The notes under the pieces: generated by a model
Seen by the model: only the letters and a program-made list of their open reading frames with translations
Database searches by the model: none
What the model was told of the DNA's origin: nothing
DNA from: a bacterium
GTDB taxonomy: Bacteria; RUG730
Direction: 5' to 3'
Length of the DNA: 38,667 nt
Assembly (NCBI GenBank): GCA_031551405.1
Contig: JAVBNQ010000010.1
Location: forward strand, 62,001-100,667
In this document: piece after piece, positions 1-10,526 of the stretch
Position numbering within the stretch: position 1 is the stretch's first letter
Layout of the letters: the number at the start of each line of letters is the position of its first letter
Program-made: the position numbers and the translations under genes

Positions 1-1100
1 TTCGCAATATTTTCGCCAACTCCTATCTTACAATTTTCCCCTATCATCACGTCTTTGTCAAAAACAGAATTTTCAATATACGAATTTTTTGCAATAAAAG
101 AATCGTGCATTATAATGCTATTTTTTATGAAAGCGCCTTTCTCGACCTTTACTCCCGGGAATAAAATGCTGCCAATTACTTCCCCTTGGATTTCGCAGCC
201 TTTGTTAATGAGAGAATTGCTCACATTTCCATTTTGCATCATAAACGCCGGTTTTTTGTAACATTTATCGCGATCATCGATATTCGTACGAATTCCCCAT
301 TTTTCCGGATTTATTTCAAATTTATTCAGCATTTTTAGGTTTGCTTCCCAGTATTCTCGCATATTACCGATATAAAACCAAGGCTCTTGATTTAAATAAA
401 GATAAACATTTTTTTCTTTTATCAATTTTGGCAAAATATCCCGAGAAAAACTATGTCTTGAATTTTTGAGTTTTGAGTCTTTTTTTATAATATTTAGCAA
501 AATATCTTTTTTAAAAATCGCGATGCTTAAATAAACCAAATTTGACTTAGGTTTTTCCGGTTTTTCCTCGTACCCAGTCACCTTACAATTTTCTTCGACT
601 TCGATGATTCCAAACCTAGATAAGTTCTTGTAATCCACATATTTTCCAACAATAGTCACATCAGCATTTTTTGCCAAATGATACTTGTAAAGCTCGTTAA
701 AATCGAATTTGTACACATCTTCGCCGGACAAAAATAAAATATCCTCATGTTTGCCTGATTCAATAAAATCAATATTTTGAAAAAGCGCGTCAGCAGTTCC
801 CTTATAAAAACTAAATTTCTTGTCGCCAGTATAAGGCGGCAAAACTGTCAACCCACGACTACGCCCAACCAAATCCCAGGGTTTTCCGAAATTAAGATGT
901 TCGATTAATGAAGCAGGCCTATATTGCGTCACAACTCCGACTCGCTGGATCCCAGAATTCGCAAGATTTGAGAGAGAAAAATCTATGAGCCTGTAATTTC
1001 CGCCAAAAGGAATCGCGGCATTGGTCCGTTTTTCTTCCAAAATCGTAAGCGTGCTCGTCTTCGAGCCTGCAAACACAAGAGCTAAAACGTCTTTTATCAT
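1..1100 (-). CDS. glgD: Glucose-1-phosphate adenylyltransferase family protein, GlgD-like (likely non-catalytic subunit); 3' end runs off the window
   Basis: Absent from the ORF track because it has no stop in the window; translated by hand. ATG at 1100 with RBS GAGGGG: MIKDVLALVFAGSKTSTLTILEEKRTNAAIPFGGNYRLIDFSLSNLANSGI...GKPWDL...YKGTADA...YEEKP...YWEANL, an unmistakable ADP-glucose pyrophosphorylase. glgD rather than glgC is inferred from the degenerate motifs. Confidence 0.8.
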   Translation of the reverse strand, partial: MIKDVLALVFAGSKTSTLTILEEKRTNAAIPFGGNYRLIDFSLSNLANSGIQRVGVVTQYRPASLIEHLNFGKPWDLVGRSRGLTVLPPYTGDKKFSFYKGTADALFQNIDFIESGKHEDILFLSGEDVYKFDFNELYKYHLAKNADVTIVGKYVDYKNLSRFGIIEVEENCKVTGYEEKPEKPKSNLVYLSIAIFKKDILLNIIKKDSKLKNSRHSFSRDILPKLIKEKNVYLYLNQEPWFYIGNMREYWEANLKMLNKFEINPEKWGIRTNIDDRDKCYKKPAFMMQNGNVSNSLINKGCEIQGEVIGSILFPGVKVEKGAFIKNSIIMHDSFIAKNSYIENSVFDKDVMIGENCKIGVGENIA

Positions 1101-1220
1101 TTTCCCCTCATAAAAACGAAATATTTATCCAATTCATAACGGCGATTTTAATATATTTTTTCAAAATCATCTAGAAAAATTTTCAAAAATTAATGCAAAA
1201 CAAAAAGTTCAGAAAACTTT

Positions 1221-1249
1221 TAGACATTTCCAAAGATTTTTTATATATT
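1221..1249 (+). promoter_or_regulatory. Putative sigma70 promoter for the SIMPL-MATE-lpxB unit
   Basis: TAGACA (1221-1226), 17 nt spacer, TATATT (1244-1249), upstream of the GGAGG RBS of the 1281 gene. Confidence 0.5.
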
Positions 1250-1280
1250 AAGAAAATATTTTTCGAAAAATGGAGGAAAA

Positions 1281-1982
1281 ATGAACAAAAATTTTGCAAT
1301 TATAATTGCTTCTGGTTTTATTGTCTCGTCGTTAATCCTTGGGTCTTTTTACTACAAAAAACAAAATGAAGGCGGAATTAGAGTCGTTGGAATGGCGACA
1401 GAACGAGTACTGTCAGATAGAATAAAGTGGACTTTAACGCTTGGGAAAAAAATTTCGCTTACTTCCAGCGAACAACAATTTGTTGACAGCCAACAAAAAT
1501 ATCTACAGCTAAAAAATTTTATGCTTTCAAAAGGCATCAAAGAATCTGAGCTTATTCTCAAGCCAATTTCATCATATCCAAGTTACGGCAAAGACGGAAT
1601 CGATGGATATATGGTCGAACAAACTCTTATCGTAATTTCAGATAAAATCGATTTAATTGAGAGCTTAGCCTTCGATATGACGCCAATTTACAAACAAGGC
1701 CTCATTGTACAATCCTCGGCAATCTCATATTCTATCGAAGATTTAAGCAAGATAAAACAAAATTTATTAGAAAAAGCGACAAAAGATGCTTTAAAACGCG
1801 CCGAAGCAATCGCGACCAGCACAAATTTAAAAGTTGGCAAGATCATCGAGGCAAACACAGGCGTTTTCCAGATCAACGAGCCATACTCAATGGATGTTGC
1901 AAGCTACGGAGTTTACAATACATCAGTAAAACAAAAGGACATTTCAGTCACAGTGAGGGCAGCTTTTAAAATAGAAAAATAA
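1281..1982 (+). CDS. SIMPL (DUF541) domain protein
   Basis: N-terminal hydrophobic anchor, IRVVGMATERV, ATKDALKRAEAIA, GVFQI and C-terminal VTVRAAFKI are typical of SIMPL proteins; strong RBS GGAGG. Confidence 0.8.
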   Translation: MNKNFAIIIASGFIVSSLILGSFYYKKQNEGGIRVVGMATERVLSDRIKWTLTLGKKISLTSSEQQFVDSQQKYLQLKNFMLSKGIKESELILKPISSYPSYGKDGIDGYMVEQTLIVISDKIDLIESLAFDMTPIYKQGLIVQSSAISYSIEDLSKIKQNLLEKATKDALKRAEAIATSTNLKVGKIIEANTGVFQINEPYSMDVASYGVYNTSVKQKDISVTVRAAFKIEK

Positions 1983-1995
1983 AAATGGATAAATT

Positions 1996-3384
1996 ATGGA
2001 TAAATCCTCTCATCTTGGAACACAAAACATTCTGAGTCTCATTATAAAAAATTCGCTCCCGGCAATTGCAGCGAATCTCGTTTTCGCCCTCTACAATATC
2101 GTAGACAGAGTTTTTATTGGTAAAGGCTTAGGCACTCAGGCCCTCGCAGGAGTAACAATTACTTTCCCATTTTTCACGCTTTGCACTGGCATAGGACTTT
2201 TAGTTGGAATCGGCTCCGGAATTTTGGTCTCAATTAAAATCGGAGAACGAAAGAAAGCTTACGCTGAGCTTGTACTGGGTAACGTAGTTTTTTTATTTTT
2301 TATTTTCAGCCTTCTTATCACAGTTTTTGGTTTTATTTTTATGAACGATTTTTTGACACTTTTCGGTGCAAACAATATTACGCTTTCTTATGCAAAATCT
2401 TATGTTGGAATAATTTTGCCTTTTTTGTTTTTTCAATTTTTAGTGATGGGCATGAATAATATCATTCGAGCTGAATCCAACGCAAAAATGGCAATGATCA
2501 CGATTGTAATTTCCTGTCTTTTGAACGCTATTTTAGATCCAATTTTTATTTTTTATTTCAAAATGGGTGTTGAAGGGGCTGCGATTGCTACCGTGATTAG
2601 CATCGTAGTCTCGAGTATTTGGATCATCTATCATTTTACAAAAAGCAAAAACAGAGTTCTGTCTCTTAAACTAAAAAATCTAAAACCCAACTTCAAAATA
2701 ATTTCACGCGTTCTCAAACTTGGATTTCCATCTTTTTTCATGCAACTTTTAACGACCTTAACTTATATCGTACTAAATCGCGAGCTCGTAAAATTTTCAC
2801 ATGATCTCGCGATAAGCGCTATGGGAATTGTGCAAACGATTTTTTTCACAGTTTTAATGCTCATTGTTGGACTTAATCAAGGCGCACAGCCGATTATTGG
2901 CTACAATTTTGGTGCTAAAAATTTTAAAAGAGTCAAAAACAGCTTACTTTATACGCTGCTCTTGAGTCTCACGATTACAATACCTGTAACATTAGCTATC
3001 ATTTTTTTCAAAAAAACGATCGTAAATCTTTTTTGCAAAAACGATTTACTTTTACTCGAGCTTGCTTCGAGAGGCTGTGCAATAAGTTTTTGCTTGATTA
3101 TTTTAATCGGTTTTAACATCACGGTAATTAGTTTTTTGCAATCGATCGGCGACATCAAAAAAGCCATGATGTTGAACTTTACAAGACAAATTTTAATATT
3201 TTTTCCGGTGATTTATATTTTACCGAAAATCTTTGGATTAGACGGAGTTTGGCTAGTTGCTCCAACTGAGGATTTTTTAATTTTTTGTGTAATTTTATTC
3301 GTTTTGTTTAAAAAATTAAAACATCTCGATGCGCAACATTTAAAATTCAAAAAAGAAGATTTGCAACAAGTTTTAATCGACTAA
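1996..3384 (+). CDS. MATE family efflux transporter (MepA-like)
   Basis: ALYNIVDRVFIG, LNAILDPIFIF, GVEGAAIAT and GAQPIIGYNFGA motifs; about 12 hydrophobic segments. Confidence 0.95.
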   Translation: MDKSSHLGTQNILSLIIKNSLPAIAANLVFALYNIVDRVFIGKGLGTQALAGVTITFPFFTLCTGIGLLVGIGSGILVSIKIGERKKAYAELVLGNVVFLFFIFSLLITVFGFIFMNDFLTLFGANNITLSYAKSYVGIILPFLFFQFLVMGMNNIIRAESNAKMAMITIVISCLLNAILDPIFIFYFKMGVEGAAIATVISIVVSSIWIIYHFTKSKNRVLSLKLKNLKPNFKIISRVLKLGFPSFFMQLLTTLTYIVLNRELVKFSHDLAISAMGIVQTIFFTVLMLIVGLNQGAQPIIGYNFGAKNFKRVKNSLLYTLLLSLTITIPVTLAIIFFKKTIVNLFCKNDLLLLELASRGCAISFCLIILIGFNITVISFLQSIGDIKKAMMLNFTRQILIFFPVIYILPKIFGLDGVWLVAPTEDFLIFCVILFVLFKKLKHLDAQHLKFKKEDLQQVLID

Positions 3385-3392
3385 GGGCAAAA

Positions 3393-4547
3393 ATGACAAA
3401 AGAAATTTTCATAATCGCCGGTGATTTTTCCGGAGATATTCACGCAGCTTTTTTGGTGCAAAACATTCTAAATTCTGACAAAGCCATAAAAATTTCCGCG
3501 ATAGGTGGAGAGCTTTTACAAAAACAAAACGTTAATTTTTTAGCAAATATTGTTTCGCGTCAAAGTTTTGGATTTAACGGGCTTCTGCGAAAATATTTTT
3601 ACTTCAAAAAACTGCTTTTTCAGATGATAAAACCGTATTTTTTGAAAAACAAAATCAGTGCCGTAATTTTGGTGGATTTTTACGGCTTCAACATCCACGT
3701 CGCGAAACTCGCAAAATCGCTCGGAATAAAAACGGTTTATTACGTTTGTCCTCAAGTTTGGGCGTCAAGAAAAAATAGAATCGAAAAAATAAAAAAATAC
3801 GTCGATCTTGCTATCCCAATTTTACCGTTTGAAAGTGAAATTTACGAGTCACAAAAAATCAACGTTTTTTATGCCGGAAATCCCCTCATAGAAATAATTC
3901 ACAATGAAATGGCTCTCGAAAAAGATTTCAAAATAAATGAATCAAAAAACGAAGTTTTAATCGGGCTAATGCCAGGAAGCAGAATCTCCGAAATAAAAAA
4001 TATTTTGCCAATTTTTTTAGAAATCATCAGGCGGCTCAGCAAAAAAAATAACAAATTAAAATTTTTTCTAATAATTTCAAAAAACCTTGATAAAAACTTG
4101 ATAGAAAATTTACTAAAAATTTTTGAATTTCGCGAACTTCTCGAAATAATTAATGGCCCGGCCTACAAACTCAGACAAAAAATGCGATTTATTTTGACTT
4201 CATCAGGCACCAGCTCGTTCGAAAACTTGCTTTTAAATACGCCTATGTTCATATTTTACAGGATGCAAAAATTTTCGTATTTTGTGGCAAAATTAGTCGT
4301 GAAAATAAAATTTATCGGAATGCCGAATATTCTGGCAAACCGTTTGATTATGCCGGAATACATCCAAAATTTTGATTATGAAAAATTGACGCGCGAAATA
4401 AATCTTTGGATTGAAGACGACAAAATTATAGAAGAAAAAAAATTGGAATTATCAAAAATCAAAGAAAATCTTGGTTCACAAAGAATAATCGAAAAAATTT
4501 CAGAAAAAATCCTAAAATTCTTAAGTACAAATAAAATTGATGATTGA
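3393..4547 (+). CDS. lpxB: Lipid-A-disaccharide synthase
   Basis: IIAGDFSGDIH, VDFYGFN, YYVCPQVWASR, ILPFE, LMPGSR, SGT and IGMPNIL motifs. Confidence 0.93.
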   Translation: MTKEIFIIAGDFSGDIHAAFLVQNILNSDKAIKISAIGGELLQKQNVNFLANIVSRQSFGFNGLLRKYFYFKKLLFQMIKPYFLKNKISAVILVDFYGFNIHVAKLAKSLGIKTVYYVCPQVWASRKNRIEKIKKYVDLAIPILPFESEIYESQKINVFYAGNPLIEIIHNEMALEKDFKINESKNEVLIGLMPGSRISEIKNILPIFLEIIRRLSKKNNKLKFFLIISKNLDKNLIENLLKIFEFRELLEIINGPAYKLRQKMRFILTSSGTSSFENLLLNTPMFIFYRMQKFSYFVAKLVVKIKFIGMPNILANRLIMPEYIQNFDYEKLTREINLWIEDDKIIEEKKLELSKIKENLGSQRIIEKISEKILKFLSTNKIDD

Positions 4548-4572
4548 TTTTTTTTCGCTAAATTAATATAAT
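4544..4572 (+). promoter_or_regulatory. Putative sigma70 promoter for zapB-zapA-ssrS
   Basis: TTGATT (4544-4549), 17 nt spacer, perfect TATAAT (4567-4572); lies very close to the ATG at 4585, so the mRNA may be nearly leaderless. Confidence 0.6.
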
Positions 4573-4584
4573 AAAAATTGAAAT

Positions 4585-4833
4585 ATGAATAAAATAGATT
4601 TGCTAGAAAAAAAAATAAAAGATTCCATAAATTATATCGGGATTTTGAAAACCGATAACAAAAAATTTAAACGCGATTTAGACGAAAAAAATATCGAACT
4701 AAAACTAAAAGACAAAGAAATTCTAAACCTAAAAAAAGAATTGGCAAATTCCGAAAATCTGAGACAAAAAAATTTAGAAATCAAGAAGAAATTAACAATC
4801 GTTTTAGAAAAATTAGAGGGTTTGGAAAAATAA
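4585..4833 (+). CDS. Coiled-coil cell division protein, ZapB-like
   Basis: 82 aa all coiled-coil (IDLLEKKIK...LEKLEGLE), directly upstream of and abutting zapA (TAAATG). Confidence 0.65.
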   Translation: MNKIDLLEKKIKDSINYIGILKTDNKKFKRDLDEKNIELKLKDKEILNLKKELANSENLRQKNLEIKKKLTIVLEKLEGLEK

Positions 4834-5112
4834 ATGTCAAAAGAAACAGTCATAAAAATCTTGAACAGAGATTATTATATAAAAGAACAGGAAAACCCGC
4901 TTTTTTTATCGGCATTAGCGCAATATGTCGAGGAAAAAATGAAAGAGGCCAGTGAAAAAAATAATATTGTAGATACGAGCAGAATAGCAGTTCATGCCGC
5001 TCTCTCGATTTGCAAGGAATTATTTGAAGAAAAAACTAGAATTGAAAATCACGAAAAAAAGATAAATCAAATTCTCGAAGATTTATCAAAGGCAGTAGCA
5101 GTAGAAACCTAG
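4834..5112 (+). CDS. zapA: Cell division protein ZapA
   Basis: VIKILNRDYYI...LAQYVEEKMKE...RIAVHAALSI pattern, followed by 6S RNA as in the conserved zapA-ssrS-ygfA context. Confidence 0.9.
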   Translation: MSKETVIKILNRDYYIKEQENPLFLSALAQYVEEKMKEASEKNNIVDTSRIAVHAALSICKELFEEKTRIENHEKKINQILEDLSKAVAVET

Positions 5113-5116
5113 GAGT

Positions 5117-5273
5117 TACCTGCTCTGTTCGTAGAATTTTGGCGTATTTTGAACCTATAAAACAAATTGAAGGGAATCCGGAAGTTGGATTTGATCGTGG
5201 TCTCATCCACAGGTTACCCACTTACAAAAGTAGGTGTTTCAATTTGGTCAAAATTTTACGGCAGTAGCGGGAT
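5117..5273 (+). ncRNA. ssrS: 6S RNA
   Basis: 5' arm CCTGCTCTGTTCGTAGAATTTTGGC (5119-5143) pairs with GTCAAAATTTTACGGCAGTAGCGGG (5247-5271) using several G-U pairs. Has 6S-like TTGAACC, AAGGG and CCCAC elements, a trailing T-tract, and the canonical position after zapA and upstream of the cyclo-ligase. Confidence 0.85.
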
Positions 5274-5394
5274 TTTTTTAAAACTTTAAATCAGAAGGAA
5301 AAAAGTGGATTAAGAATCGAAACGTAAAAATTATTAATTTTCGAAAAATTGATAGTTTTTTCAGTTTTAATTAGATTTGACGACGGATGAAATT

Positions 5395-6708
5395 ATGACA
5401 GATTTTTTGGATAACGACGATTTTTTTAAGCTAAAAAGACCTTTAGCTTATCGAATGCGTCCAAAAAATCTAAATGATTTCAAAGGTCAAAACCACATTG
5501 TTGGTGACGATAAAGTTTTAAATAAAATAATCAAAACCCAGAAAATCGTAAATATGATTTTCTTTGGACCATCTGGTTCCGGCAAAACTGCTCTCGCAAA
5601 AATTCTAGCAAACGAAATGAGCCTTCCTCTTTCAAAACTCAACGCTGTCTCGAGCGGAGTTTCTGATCTCAAAAAAATAATCTCAGAAGCAAAAGATTTT
5701 AATGCAAATTATTCCAAAAGTCTGATCTTGCTTGTCGACGAAATTCATCATTTCAATCGAACGCAGCAAGACGTTTTGTTGCCATACATTGAGGATGGTT
5801 CGATTATTCTAATTGGATTAACGACCGAAAATCCTTACTTTTACGTCAATAATGCGATTCTTTCTAGGTCTTTGATTTTTGAATTTAAAAAACTGATGGA
5901 AACTGATATACTTGAAATACTAAAAAACGCTTTAATATTAGAATTTCCGAATGAAAGCGACAAAATTTGTGAGCCTCAAGTTCTTGAACTAATCGCGAGA
6001 ATTTGTAACGGTGACGCGAGATATGCATTAAATATTTTAGAGACTTTGATAGACGTTTCTCTCTCAGAATTTCCGATACGTTTAGAGAACGCGCAAAACT
6101 TTTTCAAAGGCAACTTTCGAGTAAAATTGAATTATGACAAATCGAGTGAATATCATTACGACTTGATTTCAGCGTTCATTAAAAGCATGAGAGGCTCAAA
6201 TCCAGACGCAGCTATTTACTGGCTGGCAGTCATGCTGGACGGAGGCGAAGATCCAAGATTTATAGCGCGGCGAATTGCGATTTGTGCAGCAGAAGACGTC
6301 GGGCTTGCATATCCGAATGCTCTAAATATCGCCAATTCTGCCTGGGAACTCGTAGAGCGTGTTGGGATGCCTGAGGCCAGAATTATTTTGGCAGAAGCGT
6401 GTCTTGCCGTTGCAACAGCGCCAAAAAGTAATAGCGCATATCTTGCGATTGACGCTGCTCTTTCAGACGTAAGAAGTAGGAAAATCAAAGAAGTTCCTAA
6501 TCATCTCAAAGACGCTTCTAGAGATAAAGAGCTAGGTCACGGGAAAAATTATAAATATCCGCACGATTTTGAAAATCATTTTATCAACCAGGATTATTTC
6601 GACGGGGATTATTCTACGAAATATTACAAGCCATCAGACGAAGGTTTGGAAAAATTAATAAAAAATTTTTTAAATAAACTCTGGGAAAAAAATGAACAAA
6701 AAAAATAA
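5395..6708 (+). CDS. rarA: Replication-associated recombination protein A (MgsA/RarA)
   Basis: PLAYRMRP, GPSGSGKT, VDEIHHFN, TTENP, ISAFIKSMRGS, EDVG and YKYPH motifs. ATG 5395 preferred over TTG 5377. Confidence 0.96.
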   Translation: MTDFLDNDDFFKLKRPLAYRMRPKNLNDFKGQNHIVGDDKVLNKIIKTQKIVNMIFFGPSGSGKTALAKILANEMSLPLSKLNAVSSGVSDLKKIISEAKDFNANYSKSLILLVDEIHHFNRTQQDVLLPYIEDGSIILIGLTTENPYFYVNNAILSRSLIFEFKKLMETDILEILKNALILEFPNESDKICEPQVLELIARICNGDARYALNILETLIDVSLSEFPIRLENAQNFFKGNFRVKLNYDKSSEYHYDLISAFIKSMRGSNPDAAIYWLAVMLDGGEDPRFIARRIAICAAEDVGLAYPNALNIANSAWELVERVGMPEARIILAEACLAVATAPKSNSAYLAIDAALSDVRSRKIKEVPNHLKDASRDKELGHGKNYKYPHDFENHFINQDYFDGDYSTKYYKPSDEGLEKLIKNFLNKLWEKNEQKK

Positions 6709-7273
6709 ATTACGCGATGAATTTAAATTAAAACGAGCAAAGTTAGACAAAAAATTTGTAACAGAACAAGGACAAAAAATCTCCCAAAAAATCATCGATT
6801 TAGGCCTTTTGAAGAAAAAAAAATACGTAATGTGTTATTCTTCGGCAAACAATGAAATCGATACTAAAAATCTAATAAATTTTTGCCTAAAAAAAATAAA
6901 AAGCGTAATTTTGCCAAGAATTATTGACAATGAAATTTGTTGTTTTTGCGTGGAAGACGCAAATCAACTCGAGGTCGGAAATTTTAAAATAATGGAGCCA
7001 AAAACCGACGTCTGTAAAAATTTTGCGATGGAAGAAATTGAACTCATAATTATCCCGGGCTTAGTTTTTGACAAGAATTGTAATAGAATCGGCATGGGAA
7101 AAGGTTACTATGACAAATTTTTAAAAAAACTTTTATCCCAGAATCCAAAAGTAACGATTGTCGGTATTTGCTATGATTTTCAGGTCGTTGATAATTTCGA
7201 GGATGAATTGGAAGAATTCGACATTCCAATGAACATCGTAATTACTGAGTCGAATATTTACTACAAAAATTAA
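6692..7273 (+). CDS. ygfA: 5-formyltetrahydrofolate cyclo-ligase
   Basis: KNKLR, EIDT, IIPGLVFD, RIGMGKGYYDKFL and DIPMNIVITE motifs. Confidence 0.95.
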   Translation: MNKKNKLRDEFKLKRAKLDKKFVTEQGQKISQKIIDLGLLKKKKYVMCYSSANNEIDTKNLINFCLKKIKSVILPRIIDNEICCFCVEDANQLEVGNFKIMEPKTDVCKNFAMEEIELIIIPGLVFDKNCNRIGMGKGYYDKFLKKLLSQNPKVTIVGICYDFQVVDNFEDELEEFDIPMNIVITESNIYYKN

Positions 7274-7294
7274 AAAATAAAAAGGAGGAGCAAA

Positions 7295-8851
7295 GTGGCA
7301 ATTTTGATGACAGTATTATTTTTGATTATTGGTTTAATAGCTGGTTTTTTCATAAGATATTTTTATGCAAAGACGCAATTGAAATCGGCTGAAAATGATG
7401 CAAAAAATGTAATTTCGAATGCAAAAAAAGAAGTAGAAGCAAAAAGAAAAGAAATGATTATCGAGGCGAAAGACGAAATTTTCAAAGCGAAACAAGAATG
7501 TGACAAAGAATTAAAAGAACGGCGCAGCGATCTGCAGCAGTATGAAAAAAGTCTCACATTTAGAGAAACAGATATCATCAGGAAACAAGAAGAATTCTCA
7601 AACAAAGAAAAGGAATTGAAACAAAAAGAAACGACTTACCAACAAAGAACTAAAGAACTCGACGAGGAAAAAGAAACTCTGAATTTCGAAAGACAGCTTT
7701 TAAAAAAAGAACTTGAGAAAATTTCGGGAATGAGTCGAGAAGAAGCAAAAAATATTTTAATTAGTAAAATGGAAAATGAAGCGAAACAAGACGCGGCCTC
7801 GAGGTTAGTAAAAATCGAAGAAGAGCTAAAAATAACGGCTGATAAAAAAGCAAAAGAGGTAGTCTCACTTGCTATCCAACGAGTTGCAGTAGATCATACT
7901 GCCGAAATCACAGTCAGTACCGTAGCCATCCCTAACGATGAAATGAAGGGACGTATCATTGGACGTGAAGGTCGAAATATTCGAGCATTTGAGGCTGCGA
8001 CAGGCGTCGACATTATCGTCGATGACACCCCAGAAGCCATTACTATTACGTCTTTTGATGGAATGAGACGAGAGATTGCAAGAGTTGCTCTTGAAAGGCT
8101 AATAATAGACGGAAGAATCCATCCTGCAAGGATAGAAGAAGTCGTCGCAAAAGTCGCAAAAGAAATGGAAGCCTACATAAAAGAAATCGGAGATCAGGCC
8201 GCTCTAGAAGTTGGAGTTTCCGGCTTGCCTGAAGAAATAATTCGATTAATCGGGAGACTTAAATACAGAACGAGTTACGGACAAAATGTGCTCAAACATT
8301 CTATCGAGGTTGCGCATTTATCAAAATTACTCGCAGCTGAATTAGGGCTAGACGTCAATCTTAGTTTGCGAGCAGGATTTTTACATGACATCGGGAAAGC
8401 TGTTGATCATGACGTCGAAGGGACACATCCACAAATCGGTGCAGATATTCTGAAAAAATATTTTCCAAATGACAAAAAACTCATCAATGCGGTTCTAGCT
8501 CACCACGAAGGCGACGCAAAACCCGAGACTTTGGAAGCAGTGATAGTTGCTTCTGCTGATGCAATTTCTGCAGCTCGTCCTGGAGCTAGACGAGAAAGCT
8601 TAGAATTTTATCTAAAGCGTATCAAAAAATTAGAAGAAATCGCAAATTCTTTTGAGGGAGTTGAACGATCGTTTGCTATTCAAGCTGGAAGAGAAATTCG
8701 AATCATCGTCGAGCCTACTAAAATCAAGGAAGACGACATGATTTTACTAGCTCGGGACATAGCAAGAGGTATAGAAAAAGAACTCGAATATCCTGGTCAA
8801 ATAAAAGTTTTAATTATAAGAGAAACTAGGGTTTCTGATATAGCAAAATAA
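7295..8851 (+). CDS. rny: Ribonuclease Y
   Basis: N-terminal TM, coiled coil, KH domain ([16 protein letters not shown]), HD domain (LHDIGK) and [12 protein letters not shown] start with AGGAGG RBS. Confidence 0.98.
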   Translation: MAILMTVLFLIIGLIAGFFIRYFYAKTQLKSAENDAKNVISNAKKEVEAKRKEMIIEAKDEIFKAKQECDKELKERRSDLQQYEKSLTFRETDIIRKQEEFSNKEKELKQKETTYQQRTKELDEEKETLNFERQLLKKELEKISGMSREEAKNILISKMENEAKQDAASRLVKIEEELKITADKKAKEVVSLAIQRVAVDHTAEITVSTVAIPNDEMKGRIIGREGRNIRAFEAATGVDIIVDDTPEAITITSFDGMRREIARVALERLIIDGRIHPARIEEVVAKVAKEMEAYIKEIGDQAALEVGVSGLPEEIIRLIGRLKYRTSYGQNVLKHSIEVAHLSKLLAAELGLDVNLSLRAGFLHDIGKAVDHDVEGTHPQIGADILKKYFPNDKKLINAVLAHHEGDAKPETLEAVIVASADAISAARPGARRESLEFYLKRIKKLEEIANSFEGVERSFAIQAGREIRIIVEPTKIKEDDMILLARDIARGIEKELEYPGQIKVLIIRETRVSDIAK

Positions 8852-8871
8852 TAAATCGGCAAGGAGATTTT

Positions 8872-10521
8872 ATGGCAAAAAAAGATTATATAAAGCCGTC
8901 TTTATACAAAAAATTTAAAATGTACTGGCGGAATAATTGGATCACTATTTTAATCGTAAATATCGTAGTCGGACTTTTGGTTTTATCTATCGTGGGTTTG
9001 ATGTCTATGGAATCATTTTATAGACGAATGACTCTTGCAAATATGCCACTCCAACTCCTACTAACGGGAATAAACGCCACAATATTCGTATTTTTGTATA
9101 TGACTGTGTTCAAAGGCGGATTTAGCGCAATGAAAAAAGATAAAATTAAAGGAGAATCCGTTAATATAAAATTTAGCGACGTGATGGGACTAGGTGAAGC
9201 AAAAAAAGAAGCCATCGAAGTTGTAGAGCTGATGCGTGATAGATCAAAAGTAAGGCAGATCGGAGGAAAAGTCATAAAAGGTTTGCTAATGGTCGGACCT
9301 CCCGGATGCGGAAAAACATATTTGGCAAAAGCAATTGCGACGGAAGCAAATGTTCCGTTTATATCGGTAGCCGGCAGTGAATTTGTCGAAGTTTTTGTCG
9401 GAGTAGGTGCTTCGAGAGTCAGAAAACTTTTTAAACAAGCGCGAGATTTAGCTTATGCGGAAGGCTGCTGCATAATTTTCATAGACGAATTAGATGTAAT
9501 CGGACGAGAACGTTCATTCTCGTTTTTAGGCGGTGGCGGTGAAACGAACAGTACTTTGAACCAACTTTTAGTCGAGATGGATGGTCTTGACGGAGCTGGA
9601 AGCAATGTGATCGTAATGGGAGCTACAAACGCAGGCGAAGATGTCCTCGACAAAGCACTTTTGAGACCAGGAAGATTCGATAGAAAAATTATTATTGATA
9701 AACCGAATCTCGAAGAACGAGAAGAGCTTTTTAACTATTATTTAGGAAAAATCAAATCTGACAAAACAATTGACATTGGAAGACTCGCGAGAAAATGCGT
9801 TTACAAAAGTCCGGCAGATATTTCAAATATTGTAAAAGAAGCGGCGTTAATAGCGATGCGAAATAAACACGATGAGATAAAGTACAAAGATTTGTCACAA
9901 GCTATTGAGAGAATCGATCTTGGAATCGCTCACAGAAAAAGCATGACTCCTCGAGAACGTGAAATGGTCGCTTATCACGAGTCAGGGCATTTGATTGTAC
10001 TTTATATTTTGCATCCAACGGACGACGTATTTAAGGCTTCAATAATTTCACGAGGAGGAGCTCTTGGAGTTGTTCATCATCAACCTAGAGAAGAGCGTTA
10101 TACTCACGACAAAGAAATTATGCTAGCAAACGTAAAGGCTGCTCTAGCTGGATATGCTGCGGAAAAAATCCGATACGGCTCAACTAGCGACGGAGTTTCA
10201 AGCGATTTCCGAGTTGCAATGTCAATAGTTTATCATATGGTCTGGAAGTACGGAATGGGAAATGTTGGATATGTTGGGGACTTCACGATTATTCCAGAAA
10301 ATATGCTTTCAGACACAATAAAAAATCAGCTTAACGACGAAGTAACGCAAATTATGGGACAATGTCTAAAAGACGTAGAAAAGCTATTGACCGACGAAAG
10401 AAGCCTTTTGGACGAGTTTGCGAACGAGCTCTTACAAAAAGAAGAATTAGATTACGACGAAATCGAAGCAATATTTCAAAAATACGGTAAAGCAAATCCA
10501 TTGATGAAAAAAGATTTTTAA
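8872..10521 (+). CDS. ftsH: ATP-dependent zinc metalloprotease, FtsH family, with short N-terminus
   Basis: Two TM helices, Walker A GPPGCGKT, pore motif FVGVG, Walker B IIFIDELD, LLRPGRFDR and HESGH zinc motif. Confidence 0.9.
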   Translation: MAKKDYIKPSLYKKFKMYWRNNWITILIVNIVVGLLVLSIVGLMSMESFYRRMTLANMPLQLLLTGINATIFVFLYMTVFKGGFSAMKKDKIKGESVNIKFSDVMGLGEAKKEAIEVVELMRDRSKVRQIGGKVIKGLLMVGPPGCGKTYLAKAIATEANVPFISVAGSEFVEVFVGVGASRVRKLFKQARDLAYAEGCCIIFIDELDVIGRERSFSFLGGGGETNSTLNQLLVEMDGLDGAGSNVIVMGATNAGEDVLDKALLRPGRFDRKIIIDKPNLEEREELFNYYLGKIKSDKTIDIGRLARKCVYKSPADISNIVKEAALIAMRNKHDEIKYKDLSQAIERIDLGIAHRKSMTPREREMVAYHESGHLIVLYILHPTDDVFKASIISRGGALGVVHHQPREERYTHDKEIMLANVKAALAGYAAEKIRYGSTSDGVSSDFRVAMSIVYHMVWKYGMGNVGYVGDFTIIPENMLSDTIKNQLNDEVTQIMGQCLKDVEKLLTDERSLLDEFANELLQKEELDYDEIEAIFQKYGKANPLMKKDF

Positions 10522-10526
10522 GAATT

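Noticed and set aside
5036-5221. 61 aa minus-strand ORF
   Set aside because: Antisense to zapA and 6S RNA, with no recognisable protein features.
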